A DNA stretch of 64,000 bases. Origin: an uncultured Fibrobacterota bacterium. GTDB taxonomy: Bacteria > Fibrobacterota > Chitinivibrionia > Chitinivibrionales > FEN-1185. Positions 57,623-64,000 of this stretch are shown piece by piece (positions within the stretch are counted from its first letter, which is position 1; every line of letters begins with the position of its first letter). The stretch covers positions 128,001-192,000 of the forward strand of contig CAVSQB010000009.1 of NCBI GenBank assembly GCA_963729895.1. Direction: 5' to 3'. The position numbers and the translations under genes were made by a program. The notes under the pieces were generated by a model. The model was given only the letters and a program-made list of their open reading frames with translations. It did no database searches and had not been told where the DNA came from.

Positions 57623-58693
57623 TCAATTACCCTTCGCCTTCTTCCCCTGCCATCCATGCCAATCAGGTTTCTTGACCTGCGAAAGTAACGTGCTATCGAC
57701 AACCCATTCCCTGTATTCATTGAAGAATGTTGCAAGTTTTTCAGGCCATTTTGCCTTTACTCTGGACAGAATCTCCGGCTCAAGTTTCGTCCGACAAAAT
57801 GTTCTGGCTTTGCTGAGGTCGGTTCCCTTGAGGTTCGCTTTCCAAAGATTGGCTCCCGCAAAGACCGTTCCCTGAAGGTCGGCTCCGCTAAGGTCGGCTC
57901 CGCTAAGGTCGGCTCCGGTGAGGTCGGCTCCCGTAAGGTCGGCTCTCGAAAGGTCGGTTTTCTGAAGATTTGCTCCCTGAAGTCTGGTTTGCAGCAGGTC
58001 AGATCCCACAAGGCTGGCTCCCGAAAGCGTGGCTCCCCGAAGGTCGGCTCCCTCAAGGTTAGCTTTCTGAAGCTTTGCTCCCGGAAGTTTGACGCCAAAT
58101 AACTCGGCTTTCTCGAGGCGGACACGTCGGAAGTCGGCATTCTCAAGGCTTGCTCCCTGAAAAACGGCCCCTTGGAGTTTGGCTCCCAGGAAGCGGGCTC
58201 CGTGGAGGTCGGCACCCTCAAAATGGGCGCTATCAAGCAAGGCGCTGTCAAGGAGGGTTTCCCGAAGGTTGGCACCCCTAAGGTTTGCTCCCCTGAGATT
58301 TGCTCCTTGCAGCCTGGCCATCTCCAAGTTGGCTTCCCTTAGATCGGCTCCCTCAAAGTTGACTGACTGAAGGCAGGATCCCCGACAGTCGGCTTGCACA
58401 AGGATAGCTCCCGAAAGGTCGGCTCTCAAGAGGTCGGCCCTCTCAAGATCAGCTCTCAAAAGGTCGATTCGCGCAAGGTTGGCTCCCCGAAGGTTGGCTC
58501 CTTGCAGCTTCGCTTCCTGAAGCTTTGTTGCCTGAAGGCTGACACCATTAAGTTCAGGTTTAACGGTTTGGTTTTCCTCTCTCCATTTATTCCACTTTTC
58601 CACCCCGGATTTTAGTATGTCAATTTGATCCTGCGAGGCAACGCCTATCGCAAGTATCAACAGGACAACAGTTGCACTTTTGAAGCCGGTCAT
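57623..58693 (-). CDS. Pentapeptide-repeat protein with signal peptide
   Basis: Long A(D/N)LxG repeat run, GVEKWNKWR cap, hydrophobic N-terminus; GGAGG RBS. Confidence 0.9.
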   Translation of the reverse strand: MTGFKSATVVLLILAIGVASQDQIDILKSGVEKWNKWREENQTVKPELNGVSLQATKLQEAKLQGANLRGANLARIDLLRADLERADLLRADLSGAILVQADCRGSCLQSVNFEGADLREANLEMARLQGANLRGANLRGANLRETLLDSALLDSAHFEGADLHGARFLGAKLQGAVFQGASLENADFRRVRLEKAELFGVKLPGAKLQKANLEGADLRGATLSGASLVGSDLLQTRLQGANLQKTDLSRADLTGADLTGADLSGADLSGADLQGTVFAGANLWKANLKGTDLSKARTFCRTKLEPEILSRVKAKWPEKLATFFNEYREWVVDSTLLSQVKKPDWHGWQGKKAKGN

Positions 58694-58817
58694 GATGCCT
58701 CCAGCGGATCTATGCAGCTCTGATAGTTCCAAGAAATGCGCCCATCTGCCGTCAAATCATGGCTGTCCATTGGGATATTCGGGATCATAAAAATGGTGTC
58801 CTCAAACGCTGCTCCTT

Positions 58818-58854
58818 AAAAACACAGGGCGTTCGGTTGAACGCCCTTGCTTTT
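58818..58854 (-). terminator. Terminator of the minor-pilin operon
   Basis: AGGGCGTTC-ggtt-GAACGCCCT flanked by A and T runs. Confidence 0.65.
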
Positions 58855-58876
58855 ACAGAAATACCATTGTCCCGTT

Positions 58877-60757
58877 TCAGTTCAAGTTCCCGTAGCTTCG
58901 TGAAAAGGAACGACGCGTGGAGGCCACGGGTTTCATTGTGAGCATGTTGGTGGTGATCTCGCAGTCAGAATTCGTGGAATGTCGCTCGCAGTAGAAGAAG
59001 TCGAAATTATACGTCCCGTTGTTCATCATGGTATCTCCGGGAACCAATGTTCCCCCGGCGCCCGTATGTTTGAAACAGGTGTCGATAAGCACCGTCATGC
59101 TCCCGCCGGCGTGAGGGCCTCCAAGATCCATCACAAGCCTGTTGTTGAGAAACAGCCATATATCGTCGTCACCCGTAAATTGAAACGTGTCATGCGGCGT
59201 CTTCACAAAGGTGCGGTTCATTGTCATGGTGAACGAGAAATTATGGGGCCACACCCCCGGGGCCAGGTGAGTCTTGCTTGTGTCGGGCTCGCAGGCTGTA
59301 TCGTTCGTCTTCTGAAAGCCGGCCGTCCACTCGGCCCCGAAACCTTTGCCATCCAGAGGCCAGAAGCCCACCTTGTTGAATTGGTACGTTCCCGTCGTGT
59401 GGTTTATGCATACAAATTGCAGACTGTCCTGAAAGACCATATTCTTGTAAGCCGTGTCGTTTAGTGGACTTGCAGGATACGTGCGTTCATACTTGGGGTT
59501 TTGCCCGTCTACCGGCGCATCGACCTCATTGCAGCTTGCATTTCCCCATTCCCCATAGCACCCGGCAATCCCAGTATTGACCGGACAATCCCAAGGGATG
59601 AATGGGGAGCAACGTCTCCACCTCCGGAGGGTCTTTGCACAAGCCGAACTGTCTACCGTTGTATATTGCAAAGTTGTATAATGATAAATCGGTATCATTG
59701 AATCTGCCGAATCTCCCATCGTATTGGGACGAAACCATTTCGCAATATTATAATCCATGCAAGGAGTCGGCCCCAATACCGGCTTACGGCTCGCATCCAG
59801 GAAAGTCCCCACCATGCCTGTTTGAGATGCATTTAGACACGGCTGTTCAAACTCCGGATTTGTCCTGTTTGAATGATAATCGTAGAAGGTCACCCCTGCG
59901 TAAACCGAGTCCGCGGCGGTGAGAAGCGAGTCGTGCCCGAGCTCGATGTACTGATTGAGGGGAGTCTTAAAAGTCAAACCCCATTTCTGGAGTGAATCCC
60001 ATGCCATTGTCTGCATCATGAACTTTGTGGACCCGAGCACATTTATGGTCCATTGCACTGTGTAATTGCCGAATTGCGTCCTGTTTGAGATGTTCTTGTA
60101 CGCGTAAAGGGACATTTCATCAATCTTGTATCCGTTTCCCGACCCGTTTCGCGCAACTCCGCTCATCCGGAAATACCTGTACGAACCGCCTAGGTTACTT
60201 AGAGTGTCCTTTCGGTGTTTGGTAATGTTCGTGTTATTCGCTACAGAGGACAAGGTGGTCCAGCTCGCGGCGTCATTTGAACCCTGAAAATTGTAGCTTT
60301 TTCCTGACCAGAGGGTGTCCCAATTTATTACGGCTTTACTGATATTGATTTTACTGCCACAGTCGGCCTTTAGCCAGGCAGTATCCTTGCTGGTTGCGGT
60401 GTAATCGTTTTCCCAGTACGTGGTGGTATCGCCGTCTTTCGCATTCGTTGCGGCGTAGGTTGAATAGGTGGTGAGAGCCGTCATTGTAACTGACGCCCGG
60501 GGATAGAGGGTGTCGAGGTTGTGGCCCAGCCAGTTGGTGTCAAGCGAGTCTATCACCGACTGAGAAAGCACGGTCATCTGCCCGTCAGCGGCATAAAAAG
60601 CCTGTATCTTGCTTCGGTAGTTTTTAGCGATGGTCGAGCTCATGGCCGCACTGGTGATCATGCCTATTCCGATCGCCGCCACGGCCAGCATGATGAGCAT
60701 TGCCACTACCATGACCACGCCCTGGGAATTTCTCAGGGTTTTCAATAAGGATTTCAT
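58877..60757 (-). CDS. PilX-like minor pilin fused to an F5/8 type C (discoidin) domain and a fibro-slime domain
   Basis: QG-VVMVVAML...QAFYAADG; NAKDGDTTTYW...YRYFRM; HNFSFT, FTGDDDIWLFLN..LVMDLGGPH, FFYCERHS. Confidence 0.85.
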   Translation of the reverse strand: MKSLLKTLRNSQGVVMVVAMLIMLAVAAIGIGMITSAAMSSTIAKNYRSKIQAFYAADGQMTVLSQSVIDSLDTNWLGHNLDTLYPRASVTMTALTTYSTYAATNAKDGDTTTYWENDYTATSKDTAWLKADCGSKINISKAVINWDTLWSGKSYNFQGSNDAASWTTLSSVANNTNITKHRKDTLSNLGGSYRYFRMSGVARNGSGNGYKIDEMSLYAYKNISNRTQFGNYTVQWTINVLGSTKFMMQTMAWDSLQKWGLTFKTPLNQYIELGHDSLLTAADSVYAGVTFYDYHSNRTNPEFEQPCLNASQTGMVGTFLDASRKPVLGPTPCMDYNIAKWFRPNTMGDSADSMIPIYHYTTLQYTTVDSSACAKTLRRWRRCSPFIPWDCPVNTGIAGCYGEWGNASCNEVDAPVDGQNPKYERTYPASPLNDTAYKNMVFQDSLQFVCINHTTGTYQFNKVGFWPLDGKGFGAEWTAGFQKTNDTACEPDTSKTHLAPGVWPHNFSFTMTMNRTFVKTPHDTFQFTGDDDIWLFLNNRLVMDLGGPHAGGSMTVLIDTCFKHTGAGGTLVPGDTMMNNGTYNFDFFYCERHSTNSDCEITTNMLTMKPVASTRRSFSRSYGNLN

Positions 60758-60780
60758 CGGCACCCTCCCCACGTTGGAAA

Positions 60781-61560
60781 TCAAAACCTGTTCCTGAACC
60801 GCAAATTCATGTTAAGCGCGAGCCTGTGATACCCGTCGCCAAAGCCAGGGCACTTGTATTTGGGATCCTGGGACGCGGTTCGTGCGCGTACGTAAAGTGA
60901 ACAGGAACTCATGTTTGTCCAATTGGCCGTTACCGCGTGCGTGGAGTCGAAAAAAGTCATTGTGAGCGCATCTATGTTTTCGGCCTGCACGTTCGCGGCG
61001 GAATCTATGCAGAAATTGGTTCCGCTCAATAAGTATTGGTGCGTGGTGGCACAAAATGCAACATTGAAGGCGTTAAAAGTGGTACTTGCTCCCAGCGCAA
61101 CGGTGTCGGCAGGCAAACCCGTCACCACGCCGGTGATTTTTACACTGGACGCCCACCCGCCTGTGTCAAGGAGCAGGGAATCCGCCCCGAGAAATGCCTT
61201 CCCGACCGAGTCCGGCGTTACCGGAATTTTGCTGGAGGAGAGATAACTGGCAAATGTCCATTTCCCGCCGTACGGATTGACCCGCATCGTGATGTTGCTC
61301 GTCGTGGAGCTTGACGTTATGATAACAGGGTAATAGAACGTGGGGAGGTCTGCACCGGCCTGCTCCAGAACCTCGCTCAATCGCCTGATGGTGTATGTTG
61401 CGTTCTGGTACATATCGGTCATTTGTTCCTGTAAATTGTAGCTCCACAGACTCTGGGTAAGCAGGCGGTACACCCCCAGGATCACGACAGCGCCGGCGGC
61501 AATGGTGATGAGAAGCTCCACCATCGTAAGTCCGCTTGCTCCCTGTTTTTCCTTTTGCAC
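60781..61560 (-). CDS. PilW-like minor pilin
   Basis: Prepilin motif G-LTMVELLITI. Confidence 0.8.
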   Translation of the reverse strand: MQKEKQGASGLTMVELLITIAAGAVVILGVYRLLTQSLWSYNLQEQMTDMYQNATYTIRRLSEVLEQAGADLPTFYYPVIITSSSTTSNITMRVNPYGGKWTFASYLSSSKIPVTPDSVGKAFLGADSLLLDTGGWASSVKITGVVTGLPADTVALGASTTFNAFNVAFCATTHQYLLSGTNFCIDSAANVQAENIDALTMTFFDSTHAVTANWTNMSSCSLYVRARTASQDPKYKCPGFGDGYHRLALNMNLRFRNRF

Positions 61561-61599
61561 CGCATCTCTCCCGCCGTCTCGCGCCGGTCTTTTCTAAGA

Positions 61600-62049
61600 T
61601 CAAAAATTCTGTGCAATCCGGGTTTCAACCTGTAGGCTGTCGGTCGGCTTGCACCCGGTCCACCATGCAGTCAGATTTACCTTGAGCACGTCGGTGATCA
61701 CATGTCCGTTTGGATCATGCAGAGTGTCATATCCATGCCATCGCACCGATACGGGTGGAGTTACACTACTGTCGGTGACAACCACATCATGATTATCAAA
61801 AGTCGTCTTGAAGGTCTGGAAATTCGTTACCGGATTCTGCGCAATGACCATCCTCTGCTTCTCAATTTGTTTTTCAACAATTTGGCCGGCAGCCATGAGC
61901 CTGTTGGTGCTTGTCGTTTGAGACCATGAGGTCTTTTGCCACATGAGAACCGCAACCGCGCTTGTCGCAATAATGATCCCTGCGAGCATCACCTCGATCA
62001 TGGTGAAGCCCTGCGCGTTTCTTCCAACGAGATCCGGTTTCTTCATCAT
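61600..62049 (-). CDS. PilV-like minor pilin
   Basis: Prepilin motif QG-FTMIEVMLA; start moved to MMKKPD. Confidence 0.8.
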   Translation of the reverse strand: MMKKPDLVGRNAQGFTMIEVMLAGIIIATSAVAVLMWQKTSWSQTTSTNRLMAAGQIVEKQIEKQRMVIAQNPVTNFQTFKTTFDNHDVVVTDSSVTPPVSVRWHGYDTLHDPNGHVITDVLKVNLTAWWTGCKPTDSLQVETRIAQNF

Positions 62050-62060
62050 TTTGTCCGCTC

Positions 62061-62558
62061 CTATTGAACTTTTACCCTGCCTGTGCTGGCCAGTATGCTT
62101 ATGGTGCGAATCGCACCGTACTTGTTCTTCACTATTATCGCTCCCCCGTTTTTTGCCGACCCGTCGCCGCGGAACACCACCACGTTGTTGGTGATGCCTC
62201 CTGCGGCGGTTGACGGAATGCTGTCCCATATGTTGGCAGGCAACGTGTACACCGCCGTGTACGTTGGATCGTTCGCGTAATATTGATATGGAGTGGCGGT
62301 GTTGGTGTCAAAAAACACCAACGTGGTGTTGACACTTGGGTTGATGTAGACGCCGACATGAGTGTTGGGGTCTGCAAGCGCCCTCGTCCGGGCAACAATC
62401 ATTTGCCGCTTGATGCTGCCGGCTGCGGTACGCAATTTGATCTGTCCAACCATGGGATTCATGTAGGGTACCGCCACTGCGGCCAGGATGCCGATTATCA
62501 CGATGGCGACAACCATTTCAACAAGGCTGAAGCCGGAAGTTCGGTTGTTATGTTTCAT
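62061..62558 (-). CDS. FimT/FimU/GspH-like minor pilin
   Basis: SG-FSLVEMVVAIVIIGILAAVAVP, AR..A, F..DG, TGRVK. Confidence 0.85.
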   Translation of the reverse strand: MKHNNRTSGFSLVEMVVAIVIIGILAAVAVPYMNPMVGQIKLRTAAGSIKRQMIVARTRALADPNTHVGVYINPSVNTTLVFFDTNTATPYQYYANDPTYTAVYTLPANIWDSIPSTAAGGITNNVVVFRGDGSAKNGGAIIVKNKYGAIRTISILASTGRVKVQ

Positions 62559-62854
62559 GCGCCACCGCCCATCACCGGATACAAAGGACGTAGTCATCCA
62601 TTGTGATTATACCACGCTGTGACACAATAATCAACAAGATTAGCTTAAAATTCTACCTCGAAAGTCCACCCGCGTTTGGAGCAAAATATTCAGGATAATC
62701 GCCTTTTTTTTCAGTATATTAATCTTGGCTGAAAGGTGCTGGAGACAGCGAATTTGAACCGCTTAACTTTTTAGTCTCTCGTGAAAAAGAAATTTCGTCG
62801 TTTAAGCGATAAACAAAAAGTAACTTTTCCAAGCCCAGGGAAGGAAACCTCATT

Positions 62855-64000
62855 ATGCGGATCAACCCAAGGTATCTGCTTGCGTGCTGTGCAATCATTG
62901 CAATTGCAAATGCTTCTGCATCCGCTCAGACCCAGGTAGGCAAGGGATCGTATGCGACTTCCGGCAATTTTTCTGTCCCTCCCACCAATCCCTACATCAC
63001 CCCCGATTTCAGCCAGAAAGTGATATCCGACAAGTGGTGGGTTACCCTCATGACCCAGCAGTTTTCGTCGGGCATGTGGGCGCATCCGCTTGACTACCAG
63101 ACAACCGCCACCGGCCTCCAGATGGGGTATCCCGGCGCCGCATCGGTGCAGGGTGACGGGTTCTATTGCTCATATGTCAACGATCTTACGGTTGGGATAG
63201 ACGGTTTGAACGCGCCGTCGACGGCCGTGGCGTCCTATTCCCATTTCGGCGTGACCGGCCGCTGGACCTCGGGCGCGATGGTAATGGAAGCCACCCTGTG
63301 CCAGGGAATACCATTCGCCTACTTCAAGATCACGGGCGGAAACGCGAAAATCACTTTTAACGGCAATCCTACCATCTGGTACAATCAGGGCGGCGTTGTG
63401 GGCGCAACGGTGGGCGGCCACAATTACGGCATATTCGCGCCAACGGGATCGTCGTGGAGCGGTACTGCGACCATGACATCGTCGCTTGCAGGCCAGAACT
63501 ACCTTTCCGTGGCTCTCCTTCCCGACAACACGCAGCAGACCCTGCAATTCTTCCTGACTTATGCATATACCTTTGTCAAGGACACGCGGGTGAGCTGGGT
63601 CTACGACGAGCCGAGCGGCATCCTCACCTCCACCTTCGGCATAACTCCCGATATCAAGGAAGGAACCCAAAGCGGTACCATTTTTGCGGTCTTGCGCCAC
63701 CAGTGGAAAGAAATGCCGGGGCCGTTCCTTCAGTACACCTATCAAAGCGCGCGCGGCGTGATGAAGGTGGTTGCGGGACAGAGTTTCACCGTCCCCATGA
63801 AGTTTAACGGCATCCTCACCACCATGCCGGACACCGGAGTGAACATAAATACTCTGAACGGACTTGTTCAAGGCGAAAACGTGCCCGGTTCCATAGGCTC
63901 CGGCTCATGCTCCTACAACAAGGATCTGGGCAGGTATGCCCAGTTGTGCGAAGAGGCCAACCTCGCGGGCAACACCGCCAAACGCGCGGCAATAATCGCC
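62855..64000 (+). CDS. Secreted GH81 endo-1,3-beta-glucanase, runs off the right edge
   Basis: Not in the ORF track. Manual translation: signal peptide, VGKGSY, DKWW, WAHPL, QGIPFAYF, YLSVALLPD, DTRVSW, RHQWK, YQSARGVMK, FNGIL. Confidence 0.8.
   Translation, partial: MRINPRYLLACCAIIAIANASASAQTQVGKGSYATSGNFSVPPTNPYITPDFSQKVISDKWWVTLMTQQFSSGMWAHPLDYQTTATGLQMGYPGAASVQGDGFYCSYVNDLTVGIDGLNAPSTAVASYSHFGVTGRWTSGAMVMEATLCQGIPFAYFKITGGNAKITFNGNPTIWYNQGGVVGATVGGHNYGIFAPTGSSWSGTATMTSSLAGQNYLSVALLPDNTQQTLQFFLTYAYTFVKDTRVSWVYDEPSGILTSTFGITPDIKEGTQSGTIFAVLRHQWKEMPGPFLQYTYQSARGVMKVVAGQSFTVPMKFNGILTTMPDTGVNINTLNGLVQGENVPGSIGSGSCSYNKDLGRYAQLCEEANLAGNTAKRAAIIA

Noticed and set aside
63170..63871. 233-aa minus-strand ORF
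   Set aside because: Antisense to the GH81 gene, which the track missed because it is open at the edge.

Overview
This 64-kb window looks like a Fibrobacterota-type (Chitinivibrionia/Chitinispirillia-like) polysaccharide degrader, inferred from a TIGR02147 gene, a fibro-slime domain and many secreted proteins with C-terminal sorting-like domains. In order: (1) a partial TIGR02147 gene diverging from a ~17-kb secreted-enzyme array (2 outer-membrane proteins, 2 divergent SGNH esterases, 6 tandem BNR_4 beta-propellers, 1 GH105/GH88); (2) a tightly coupled operon of maturation protease, periplasmic [NiFe]-hydrogenase, beta-barrel, 11-heme cytochrome and 6-heme lipoprotein cytochrome, i.e. a candidate hydrogenase-fed porin-cytochrome electron conduit and the top finding; (3) an operon of three unusual oxidoreductases (OYE-GltD fusion, SDR, Sdh/Frd-like flavoprotein) with eda and kdgK; (4) an IS21 nested inside an IS1595, with both target duplications intact; (5) accessory genes (Tat aldo-keto reductase, MFS/spermidine synthase fusion, ThuA, His-rich Ni/Co transporter, OMPs, MFS, second GH105); (6) a DUF559 endonuclease bracketed by a perfect 29-bp inverted repeat; (7) a minor-pilin operon ending in a PilX-discoidin-fibro-slime fusion; (8) a partial GH81. 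A recurrent oriented palindrome, TCTTAC-N5-GTAAGA, lies upstream of 5-6 transcription units. No rRNA, tRNA or CRISPR array was seen. All family assignments come from motif recognition by eye, not database searches.
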